From NCBI GenBank assembly GCA_038087875.1, contig CM075988.1, positions 18,230,001 to 18,294,000 of the forward strand: a stretch of 64,000 nucleotides of DNA. Reading direction: 5' to 3'. Positions within the stretch are counted from its first letter, which is position 1; each line of letters starts with the position of its first letter. Both the position numbers and the translations under genes were made by a program. Under the pieces are notes generated by a model. That model saw only the letters and a list, made by a program, of their open reading frames with translations, did no database searches and was not told where the DNA came from. Shown here piece by piece: positions 49,832-61,635 of this stretch. This DNA is from Malacoraja senta. Its lineage: Eukaryota.

Positions 49832-52725
49832 TCACCAACTTCTACAGATGCACCACAGAAAGCACTTTATCAGGATGCATCACAGCTTGGTTTGAGGACA
49901 GCTCCATCCAAAAAAAATTGCGGCGAATTGTGGATACAGCCCAGACCGTCGCACAAACCAACCTCCCTTCATTGACTCCATCTATAAACTTACGCTGCCT
50001 CAGCAAGGCCGGCAGCATAATCAAGGACGAGTCGCACCATGGCCACTCCCTCTTCTCCCCTCTCCCATCAGGCAAAAGGTATAGAAGTGTGAAAACACAC
50101 ACCTCCAGATTCAGGGACAGTTTCTTGCCTGCTGTTATCTGGCAACTGAATCATCAACGAGAGAGCAGGCTATTCTAGACTGGGTATTGAGTAATGAGGA
50201 AGGGTTAATTAGCAGTCTTGTTGTGTGTGCCCCCTTGGGCAAGAGTGACCATAATAATGTTGAGTTCTTCATTAGGATGGAGGGTGACATTGTTAATTCA
50301 GAAACAATGGTTCTGAACTTAAAGAAAGGTAACTTTGAGGGTATGAGACGTGAATTGCCAAGATTGACTGGCAATTAGTTCTAAAAGGGTTGACGGTGGA
50401 TATGCAATGGAAGGCATTTAAAGACTGCATGGATGAACTACAAAAATTGTTCATCCCAGTTTTTGGCAAAAGAATAAATCAGGGAAGGTAGTGCATCCGT
50501 GGATAACAAGGGAAATCAGGGATAGTATCAAAGCAAAAGATGATGCGTACAAATTAGCCAGAAAAAGCAGCATACCAGAGGACTGGGAAAAATTCAGAGA
50601 CCAGCAAAGGAGGACAAAGGGCTTAATTAGGAAAGGGAAAATAGATTATGAAAGAAAACTGGCAGGGAACATAAAATCTGACTGCAAAAGTTTTTATAGA
50701 TATGTGAAGAGAAAGAGATTAGTTAAAACAAATGTAGGTCCCTTGCAGTCAGAAACAGGTGAATTGATCATGGGGAACAAGGAAATGGCGGACCAATTGA
50801 ATAACTACTTTGGTTCCGTCTACACTGAGGAAGACATAAATAATCTGCCGGAAATAGCAGGGGACCGCGGGTCAAAGGAGATGGAGGAACTGAGTGAAAT
50901 CCAGGTTAGTCGGGAAGTGGTGTTGGGTAAATTGAATGGATTAAAGGCCGATAAATCACCAGGGTCAGATAGGCTGCATCCCAGAGTACTTAAGGAAGTA
51001 GCTCCAGAAATAGTGGGTGCATTAGTGATAATTTTTCAAAACTCTTTAGATTCTGGAGTAGTTCCTGAGGATTGGAGGGTAGCAAACGTAACCCCACTTT
51101 TTAAGAAGGGAGGGAGAGAGAAAACGGGGAATTACAGACCAGTTAGTCTAACATCGGTAGTGGGGAAACTGCTAGAGTCAGCTATTAAAAATGGGTTAGC
51201 AGCACATTTGGAAAGTGGTGAAATCATTGGACAAAGTCAGCATGGATTTACGAAAGGTAAATCATGTCTGACGAATCTTATCGAATTTTTCGAGGATGTA
51301 ACTAGTAGAGTGGATAGGGGAGAACCAGTGGATGTGTTGTATCTGGACTTGCAGAAGGCTTTCGACAAGGTCCCACATAAGAGATTAATATACAAACTTA
51401 AAGCACACGGTATTGGGGGTTCAGTATTGATGTGGATAGAGAACTGGCTGGCAAACAGGAAGCAAAGAGTAGGAGTAAACGGGTCCTTTTCACAATGGCA
51501 GGCAGTGACTAGTGGGGTACCACAAGGCTCAGTGCTGGGACCCTAGCTATTTACAATTTATATTAATGATCTGGATGAGGGAATTGAAGGCAACATCTCC
51601 AAGTTTGCGGATGACACTAAGCTGGGGGGCAGGGTTAGCTGTGAGGAGGATGCTAGGAGACTGCAAGGTGACTTGGATAGGCTGGGTGAGTGGGCAAATG
51701 TTTGGCAGATGCAGTATAATGTGGATAAATGGCCGATTAGGAAAAGGGGAGATGCAGCGAGACCTGGGTGTCATGGTACACCAGTCATTGAAAGTAGGCA
51801 TGCAGGTGCAGCAGGCAGTGAAGAAAGCGAATGGTATGTTAGCTTTCATAGCAAAAGGATTTGAGTATAGGAGCAGGGAGGTTCTACTGCAGTTGTACAG
51901 GGTCTTGGTGAGACCACACCTGGAGTATTGCATACAGTTTTGGTCTCCAAATCTGAGGAAGGACATTATAGCCATAGAGGGAGTGCAGAGAAGGTTCACC
52001 AGACTGATTCCTGGGATGTCAGGACTTTCATAAGAAGAAAGACTGGATAGACTCGGCTTATACTCGCTAGAATTTAGGAGATTGAGAGGGGATCTTATAG
52101 AAACTTACAAAATTCTTATGGGGTTGGACAGGCTAGATGCAGGAAGATTGTTCCCGATGTTGGGGAATTCCAGGACAAGGGGTCACAGCTTAAGGATAAG
52201 GGGGAAATCCTTTAAGACCGAGATGAGAAAAAACTTTTTCACACAGAGAGTGGTGAATCTCTGGAACGCTCTGCCACAGAGGGTAGTTGAGGCCAGTTCA
52301 TTGGCTATATTTAAGAGGGAGTTAGATGTGGCCCTTGTGGCTAAAGGGATCAGGGGGTATGGAGAGAAGGCAGGTACGGGATACTGAGTTGGATGATCAG
52401 CCATGATCATATTGAATGGCGGTGCAGGCTCGAAGGGCCGAATGGCCTACTCCTGCACCTATTTTCTATGTATTTATGTATGTATCCTACCACAGCCAGA
52501 GAGTAGACCTGACCTACTATCGACCTCATTGGTGAGCCTCGGACTCTCTGGCTTTGCCTTGCACTAATTCCCTTATCAAGTATCTGTACACTGTAGATGG
52601 CTCGATTGTAATCATGTATTTTCTCTCCACTGAGTGGATAGCATGCAACAAAAGCTTTTCACTGTACCTCGGTACACGTGACAATAAACTAAACTGTAAC
52701 TGTGAACTAAACTAAACTAAACTAA
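49832..52725 (+). mobile_element. Rex1/Babar-like LINE 3' fragment split by the CR1 insertion (parts 49832-50155 and 52484-52725)
   Basis: LTNFYRCTTESTLSGCITAWF...HHGHSLFSPLPSGKRYRSVKTHTSRFRDSFLPAVI; 3' UTR ends gtgacaataaac(taaac)n. The uninterrupted junction is seen in the copy at 10011-10295. Confidence 0.8.
50156..52483 (+). mobile_element. CR1-clade LINE (HER1-like), 5'-truncated, ORF2 disrupted
   Basis: Endonuclease C-terminus (LGKSDHN), then RT motifs KSPGSDRLHPRVLKE, NYRPVSLTS, QHGFTKGKSCLTNL, YLDLQKAFDKVPH, GVPQGSVLGP, KFADD. In-frame stops and a deletion; 3' UTR ends in a (tatg)-type tail. Confidence 0.95.
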
Positions 52726-53283
52726 TCCTCGTGTGGTGTAGAAGGCTTTTGGTACATGGCCTTCATCAGTCAGGGTTTGAGTAAAGAAGGTGGGATGTCA
52801 CAGTTGGTGAGGCTGCATTTGGAATTCGCTGTCCAGTTTTGGTCATCTCTTCTTCTCGTTTTCACGCCGTTACTTCCATTAGTCTAAAAACAACCATCAT
52901 CCGTCCATTCCCTCCACTCCCTCCACAGATGCTGACTGACCACTGGGTTCCTCCGCGCCCTGGGGGATTTCTGGGACCGCTGGGCACCGTGGGGGGGTTG
53001 AATGCATCCTTGACCAGGAGTGTAAGATAGTTGTATAATAGATTATCGTTTGTCGTGTATTATGGTGGTGGGATCTGTTTCGTTTTTACTGTAATGTATA
53101 TAGTATTTTAATATTTTAATAAATATTTTTGATTAAAAACAAGCTAGGTTCCTCCACACTTTGTGTTTTGCTGAAGATTCCAGCGTCTGCAGTATCTTGT
53201 ATCTGTCACAGACTTGTTCTTTCCTCATTGTGTTTTGCATTACTGTTTTGTTTAATTCTTTTTATGTGTGAGTTATGTGTAGA

Positions 53284-53432
<149 letters not shown>

Positions 53433-53616
53433 TGCGTCTATGTGCAAGTGATGCTGCTAACAAGCCAGGGTTTCATTGCACCAGGACCTCTCCACACTCG
53501 TGCATCTGACAATAAACTCAACTTAAGAGTCAAAGACTCATCCGGCAGGCAAACAGGCCCTTCGGCCCAACTCATCCATGCTGTCCAAGGTGCCCCATCC
53601 TAGCTAGTCAAACTAA

Positions 53617-53800
53617 TGTGCATGAAAGAACTGCAGATGCTGGTTTAAATCAAAGGTAGACACAAAATGCTGGAGTAACTCAGTGGGTCAGGCAGCATCT
53701 CTGGAGAGAAGGAATGGGTGACGTTTCGGGTCGAGGCCCATTCCTTCTCTCCAGAGATGCTGCCTGACCCACTGAGTTACTCCAGCATTTTGTGTCTACC
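53617..53800. mobile_element. Penelope-derived fold-back insertion inside a CR1 3' end
   Basis: Near-perfect inverted arms ggtagacacaaaatgctggagtaactcagtgggtcaggcagcatctctggagagaaggaatggg and its reverse complement; flanking repeat agtcaaact at 53606 and 53802. Confidence 0.78.
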
Positions 53801-54307
53801 AAGTCAAACTTAACTGTATTTGGCCTAATTCCCACTAAACCTTTCCTAACCATGTACCCTTCCAAATGCCTTTTAAGTAATGTCATAGTATCTACCTCAA
53901 CTACCTCCTCTGGCAGCTTGTTCCATACACCCACCACCCTCTGACTAAAGTTGCCCCTTGGGTTACTATCAAATCTTCCCCCTCTCACCTTAAACGATGT
54001 CCTCTGGTTTTATGATGCCCCTAACCTGGGTAAAAGACCCTTTGCGTCCACCCAATCCATTCCCCTCATGATTTTATACACCTCAGCCTCCTGTGCACCA
54101 AGGAATATTGTCATAGTCTGTCCAACCTTGCCCTCTAGCTCGAGTCTTGGCAACATCCTGATAAAGCCTCAGAATAAAAGGACGTCCCTTTAGAAAGGAG
54201 ATGAGGAGGAATTTCTTTAGACGGAGGGTAGTGAATCTGTGGACGGATGTGGAGGCCAGGTCAATTGATATTTTTAAGGTTGGAATTGACAGATTCCTGA
54301 TTAGTAA

Positions 54308-54554
54308 AGGGCCTGTCCCACTTTCACAAGGTAATTCACGAATTCTCCCGAGTTTTCCCCTGATTCAAACTCGCAGAATGTTCGTAACAAGTCCGTAGGA
54401 GTTCGTAGATATATCGTAGCGGCCTGTTATGCCAGCCGTAGGTACTCGTGGCATCAGGTAAGTTGGGACGTTTTTTCCAGCCCGATAAAAAATGTCCACG
54501 AGTAAAAAAATGGTCGGGATGAAAGAATTAAATCGTGAAAGTGGGACAGGCCCT
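54308..54554. mobile_element. PIF/Harbinger-type MITE
   Basis: TIRs AGGGCCTGTCCCACTTTCAC / GTGAAAGTGGGACAGGCCCT and an exact TAA TSD; removing the element restores the CR1 sequence attagtaaggatgtcagggg. Confidence 0.88.
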
Positions 54555-55635
54555 TAAGGATGTCAGGGGTTATGGGGAGAAGGCAGGAGAATGGGGTTGA
54601 AAGGGGAAAATAGATCAGCCATGATTAAATGGTGGAGTAGACTTGATGGGCCGAATGGCCTAATTCTGCTCCTAGAACTTCTGTTGGCTTGGTGGAGGTG
54701 CTGACGAACTGCAGTGTCTGCGGCACTCTCTGAGCCTCCCAGGCAAGAGCAGAAGGAACAAAAGCTCTTTGACAAACAGCCGATGCCAAATGCAGACCGC
54801 AGTAATTGTGAATGATAGGAAGCTATGATTGAATGGCGGAGTAGAGTTGATGGGCCGAATGGCCTAATTCTGCTCCTAGAAGTTATGAACCCTACTGCCA
54901 ACCTTCCCATTCGAGGCCTGGGTGAAGGAATTTATTCCCAGTTACACTCAACCTCTTCGGCCGAGCTCACTTGGATCAAATTCTAGATGTGAGCCCCATT
55001 AGTTGTCGTGACTGCACCGTGCATTTAGAATAAGTGAATGAAGACTGCGATGGTGGATGGATTCTTGGTTCTTTGGTTCGACGTCTACATGTACGTTTAA
55101 TCTTCTGCAGAGAGCAGAGCGGGAATTGGAAGAAAGGTTCTAAGCAACAAAACACAACAAAAATGGAATTTAACGTGATAAGAATAATCTCTTAATAATA
55201 TCTGCAGAAGACGTCAGCCTTTGAGAACAATAAAAACGCTCTCTCTCTGATCAGGTAACTACGCCACCATCTCCTCTTCCTCTGCAACCACCATTAATCA
55301 AACGCAAAAGATTGCATCAACCTTCCGCAGTTAGACCCTCTCTACACACAGGGGGAAACACACAGAGACCCGTGGACACAAGTACTATCCACCGCCTCAA
55401 GGCTGCAAACCTTCCCTCTCAAATGAAAAATGTACAAATATCCAAAAACTGTTGTTGCTGAAAAACTGAAGACAGAGAGAATTCTGGAAACACTCAGCTG
55501 TCCGGGCAGCGTCACAACATTGACTCGGTTTCCCTTTCCACAGATGCTGCCTCGTCTGCTGGGAGCTTCCAACGTTTTCTACTGCTATTTCGACCAACAT
55601 TTGCTACAAATGAGTAATGGAGAAATAAAATAAAA

Positions 55636-56024
55636 GCACACACATATGTACATACACATATGTAAACATGCACATACCTGTGCATGCGCATATACACACA
55701 TGCATATACTCACGAGTGTGCACACTGAGACACCACACAGTCAGTCACACATACACAAATACACTAACAGACACTCACCTGTAAACATGTACACAGACAT
55801 GCGCACTCACAAGCAGACACACACTCACACACATCACACACAGACACACACCACACAGACACACACACAGTCAGACACACACTCACACAGAAACAGACAC
55901 ACGCACACAAAGGCAGACACATGCAGTACCTACACACAAAAACATAAACACAGATAAATAGAGAAACACACACACACACACACAAGTACACACTCACACA
56001 CAACTACACACACACGTACACACA

Positions 56025-56055
<31 letters not shown>

Positions 56056-56533
56056 GTACACAAGTACACACTCACACACAACTACACACACACACACTCA
56101 CACACAACTACACACACACACACACACATACACACACACACACACACACATGTACACACACACACACACACACGTACACACACACACACGTACACACACA
56201 CACACTCACACACAACTACACACACACGTACACACACACACTCACACACAACTACACACACACGTACACACACACACACGTACACACACACACACTCACA
56301 CACAACTACACACACACGTACACACGTACACACACACACACTCACACACAACTATACACACACACACACACACACACGTACACACACACACACACACACG
56401 TACACACACACACACGTACACACACACACACTCACACACAACTACACACACACACACACACATACACACACACACACACATGTACACAAGTACACACTCA
56501 CACACAACTACACACACACACACTCACACACAC
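55636..56533. repeat. Compound (CA)n tract
   Basis: CA repeats punctuated by recurring cgta, ctca and aacta motifs. Confidence 0.97.
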
Positions 56534-57849
56534 CAGTGAAGTTGAGACTAAAGACAGACAGTGGCTTCATTCTGCCGCTGGCTGCTTGTGACCGTATCCT
56601 GCAAGCAGCGACCAACATTGGCACGGTGTACAGCGGATGCCTGGGCTACCACTGAATCAAGGGCACCAGTGGATGGCACACTGTGCCACAGCATGCTGGC
56701 AATTTTCAACTTACAATTCTGTGCACAGTAAAATGTCCAGCTCAGGCAGGGTGGCAGAGGACTTAGGAAATCAGAGGATGTGTAATAAGCAAGCAGTGAG
56801 CATTTAGTGCCGAGATAGAAGGGCCGCAGGGGACCAGGAACAAATACACTGGCCAGGTTGCTCTTGGATAACTGTGTTCAGTTTCACTCACCCTGCTGTT
56901 GGAAGGATGTCGTTAAATTGGAAAGAGTAGAGAGAAAATTTAAAAGGATGCTGCCAGGGCCTGTGCTAAAGGGAGAAGCTAGGCAGACTAGGACTTTATT
57001 CCTTGGAGCGCAGGGCGCTGTGCGGTGATCTTACTGAGGTGCATAAAATCAAGACGGGGATAGAATGAATCTTTTCCATTAGTCTTTTAGGGTAGGTCTT
57101 TTTTGAGAGAGGCAAGAACTAGAGGGCATAGGTTTAAGGTGAGAGAGGAAAGATTTAATATAAATCTTTAAGGGGCAACTTATTTACACAAAGGGTGGCA
57201 AAAATGCTGGAGAAACTCAGCGGGTGAGGCAGCATCTATGGAGCAAAGGAATATGTGACGTTTCGGGTCGAGACCCTTCTTCCGACTTACAACTTATTCA
57301 CACGAAGGGTGGTGGTTGTACTGAAGGAGCTGCCAGAGGAGGAGGTAAAAGACAGACACTAAAACAACATTTAAAATACACTAGGACAGGTACATGGACA
57401 GGAGAGGTTTGGAGGGAATTGAGTCAAACACGGGGAAATGGGACTAGCTTCGATGGAGCATAGATGTGTTGGGTTCCTGGTCAAGCCACCTCCATCGACA
57501 CTCTCTCAGGCAGGACTTGTGGATTCCACTGAAAATGTACATTTTCATGACTGCTGTACAGATACTGATCTGGCCATCGTCGAAAGAGTCTTCAGAAGGC
57601 GTTGCCCCAAAAGGGCTACCTGTACCATCCGCACCATGGCCCACACCACCCTGGCCACGCTCTCATCTCACTACTACCATCGGGAAGAAGGTACAGGAGC
57701 CTGAATACCTGGTTCAAGAACAGCTTCTTCCCAGCGACCAGCAGGCTCTTGAACACTGCACGACACTAACCTCAGCAACTGTGGTATTCTATGATCTCTG
57801 TCTTTGGTTGCACGACTTATTTCGTTTTTTGCACTATTATAGTTACTTA

Positions 57850-58158
57850 AGGGCCTGTCCCACTGTACGAGGTAATTCAAGAGTTCTCCCGAGTTTCCCC
57901 TGATTCGAACTCGGAGAATTATGGTAATAGCCGTTCGTAGGTACTCGGGGCTCTCGTGGACATTTTTCACAGTGGTGAAAAAACTTCACGAGTTACCGCG
58001 TTTCCCCGAGTACCTGCCGTTAGCATTACGAGCCGCTACGAGACATCCACGAGCTCCGACGTAGCCGCTACGTACATTCTACGTACTTACCACGAGTTTG
58101 ATTTTTTTTTAAACCTCGGGAGAGCTCTTGAATTACCTCGTACAGTGGGACAGGCCCT
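57850..58158. mobile_element. PIF/Harbinger-type MITE
   Basis: Near-perfect TIRs of about 40 bp (agggcctgtcccactgtacgaggtaattcaagag...); flanks are TTA and TAA. Confidence 0.85.
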
Positions 58159-59332
58159 TAAGTATTACTGATTCCAAACTTGTGGTAGCATTGATTAGTG
58201 AACATTGATCTGTGTGTATTTTGCATTAATGGCCCTGTTAAGCTGCAGCAAGTAAGAATGTATTCTTCCTTTGCCTGTAGGTATGACAATTAAACAGTAT
58301 TGACTCTTGAAATAACTGAAGAGCTGGCTCCAGTGGCCAAGGCAAACAGCCCATGGACATGTACTAAACCCAAGCGATCCTATGCTTTGACTGGGATCGG
58401 TTGCAAAATATAAAACTCTCAGCTCGTTAGTTCTGTGGCCTTTACTGAAAAACAAATCGAAGTAATCAGCTGGTGGGGTTCTAGGTTGGGTTTATGCATT
58501 AGACAAGCTCCACCACAAGAACAGTAAACTGTTGGAATATCTTCATAAAACCTGCATCACGTCTCCAGAGTATCCAAAGTGGAATTCTTTGCCACAGAAG
58601 GAACTGGAGGACAAGCCAGTGGATATTTGTACGGCAGAGATAGATAGATTTTGGATTAGTACATCTGTCAGAGGTTATGGGGAGAAGGCAGAAGAATGGG
58701 GTTCAGAGGGAGAGATAGATCAGCCATGATTGAATGGTGTAGACTTGATGGGCCGAATGGCCTAATTCTACTTTCCCTTATGACTCTTTATGACAATGTT
58801 TGATCCCATATTTATTGATACAGAAGGGAAAGAGTTACCTGAGGGGTAACTTTTTTACACAAAGGGTGTACTTTGATTTATTTCTCAGTAAAGGCCACGG
58901 AACTAAAATGGTGGAAGGAGGCATTTGGAGCCAGCTGCTGGAGGAGATAGTTGAGGCAGGTACTAATGCAACGTTTAAGAAACATTTAGACTGGTAGTGT
59001 AGGAAGGAACTGCAGATGCTGGTTTACACCGAAGTTGGTCCCAAAAAAGCTGAAGTAACTCAGCGGGTCAGGCAGCATCTCTGGAGAAAAGGAACAGGCG
59101 AGGGTTCGGGTCGAGACCCTTCTTCAGACTGAGAGTCAGGGGAGAGGGAAACGAGAGAAAAGGTACATCAACAGGTACATAGGATAGGTTTAGAGTGATA
59201 TGGGCCAAACGCAGGCAGGTGGGGTTAGTGTAGATGGGACATGCTGGCCGGTGTGGGCAAGTTGGGTCGATGGGCCTGTTTCCACGCTCCACGACTATGA
59301 ATAAGTGAATCATAGGACACAGAGTTTGAGCA

Positions 59333-59640
59333 GGTGGCGGCCGCAGTAGAGTTGCTGCCTTACAGCGCTTGCAGCGCCAGAGACCCGGGTTTGAACCCGA
59401 CTACAGGTGCTGTCTGTATGGAGTTTGTACTTTCTCCCCGTGACCGCGTGCGTTTTCTCCGAGATCTTCCGTTTTCTCCCACACTCCAAAGGCGTACAGG
59501 TTTGTAGGTTAATCGGCTTGGTGTACGTGTAAAATTGTCCCTAGTGTGTGTAGGATAGTGTTAATGTGCGGGGATTGCTGGTGGGTGCGGACTCGGTGGG
59601 CCGAATGGCCTGTTTCCGCGCTGTATCTCTAAACTAAACA
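59333..59640 (+). mobile_element. tRNA-derived V-SINE (HE1-like), near full length
   Basis: Degenerate A box, B box gggtttgaaccc, V-domain-like core ttctccccgtgaccgcgtg...cccacactccaaag...aggttaat, and a CR1-derived 3' tail ending ctctaaactaaac. Confidence 0.85.
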
Positions 59641-59723
59641 CATGGTCGAGAGTCAAGAGAGTTTTATTGTCATATGTTCTGAAACAGAACAATGACAATA
59701 AAACAACATATACGTGAACATAT

Positions 59724-61481
59724 TAGAAACATAGAAACATAGAAACATAGAAAGTAGGTGCGAGAGTAGACCACCAGGCCCATCGAGCCCGCACCGCCAT
59801 TCGCTCATGGCTGAACACTAAACAGACACCCTTACCCACAAACAGTAGACACAAGACACAGAACACAAGACACTACCCTCCCCTTTATATCGCTATCACC
59901 CCTCTCCACCCCAAGAACCGCGTGATCTCCTGGGGGAGGCAAAAAACCGGATAAAAACCCAGGTCCAATTCGGGAAAAAAATCCGGGAAATTCCTCTCCG
60001 ACCCCAATCCAGGCGATCGACACTTGTCCAGGAGATCACTCAGGTCTTACTATACTAACCATACCTAGGTCCATATCCCTGCCCTCTCCCCGTAGCCCCT
60101 TATCCCCTTGGCAGCTAAAAAAACATCTATTTTAGACTTAAATATATTTAATGTTTCTGCTTCCACTGCTCCCTGGGGCAGTGAATTCCATAAATTAACC
60201 ACCCTCTGGGTGAAGAAGTTCTTCCTCATCTCAGTTTTAAAAGAGCCCCCTCTTATTCTACAACTATGTCCCCTAGTTCAAGTTTCCCCGATCATTGGGA
60301 ACATCCTCGGTGCATCCACCCGATCAAGGCCCCTCACGATCTTATATGTTTCAATGAGATCGCCTCTCATTCTTCTAAACTCCAAAGAGTAGAGTTCCAG
60401 CCTACTTAACCTTTCCTCATATGTCAATCCCCTCATTGCAGGAATTAATCTTGTAAACCTTCGCTGCACTGCCTCCAGGGCCAGTACATCCTTTCTTAAG
60501 TATGGACCCCAGAACTGTACACAGTATTCCAAATGTGGTCTCACTAATACTGTGTACAGCTGCAGCAAGACCTCCGTGTTTTTATACTCAATCCCCCTAG
60601 CAATAAAGGCCAAAACTCCATTGGCCTTCCTGATTGCTTGCTGCACATGCATACTAACTTTTAGTGATTCATGTACTACTACCCCTAGATCCCTTTGCGT
60701 TGCATTACAACGCAGCTCCACCTCATTTAGAAAATAACTTGCCCTATCATTTTTTTTCCCAAAGTGAATGACTTCACATTTATTAGTATTAAATTTCATC
60801 TGCCAAGTTGTTGCCCACTCACCTAGCTTATCTATATCCTTTTGCAGACTCTTCCTATCCTCCTCATCCCCTACTTTTCCTCCCATTTTTGTATCGTCCG
60901 CAAATTTTGATATATTACACTTGGTTCCCTCCTCCAAATCATTTATATAAATTGTGAACAACTGGGGTCCCAGCACCGACCCTTGCGGAACCCCGCTAGT
61001 TACCGGTTGCCATCCCGAGTATGAACCATTTATCCCCACTCTCTGCTTCCTATTTGTTAGCCAATCCTCTACCCATGCTAATATATTACCCCCAATCCCA
61101 AGTATACCACATCCACCGGTTCCCCTTTATCCACCCGGGTTGTTACTTCCTCAAAGAATTCGAGCAGATTCGTTAAACAGGACTTCCCCTTCACAAAACC
61201 ATGCTGGTTCTGTCCGATGAAGTCATGTTTATCCAAGTGCCCCGTTAGTGTTTCTTTAATAATTGTCTCTAACATTTTACCCACCACCGATGTTAGACTA
61301 ACCGGTCTATAGTTACCCGCCTTCTGTTTACTTCCTTTTTTAAATATAGGTGTTACATTGGCCATTTTCCAATCCACTGGGACCGTTCCTGCCTCCAGGG
61401 AGTTTTGGAAAATTATCACCAATGCATCCACAATCCCCCCCGCTATCTCCCTCAAGACCCTTGGATGTAATCCATCAGGCC
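59724..61481 (-). mobile_element. CR1-clade LINE, second subfamily, 5'-truncated with internal deletion
   Basis: ORFs 61078-61566 and 60278-61039 carry GPDGLHPRVL, NYRPVSLTS, GVPQGSVLGP, KFADDTK. Tail is (tagaaaca)n on + at 59724-59753. The 3' UTR is longer than and different from that of the 50-kb copy. Confidence 0.93.
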
Positions 61482-61607
61482 CATAACAAACAACAACAAA
61501 AAGTGCAGACGAAAGGAACTGCAGATGCTGGTTTACACCGAAGATAGACACAAAGAGCTGGAGCAACTCAGCGGGACAGGCAGCATCTCAAGAGAAAAGG
61601 AATGGGT

Positions 61608-61635
61608 GACGTTTCGGGTCGAGACCCTTCTTCAG
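61608..61635 (-). ncRNA. Minimal hammerhead-like motif on the CADM1 sense strand
   Basis: The reverse complement of gacgtttcgggtcgagacccttcttcag is the intact motif CUGAAGAAGGGUCUCGACCCGAAACGUC. Confidence 0.5.
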
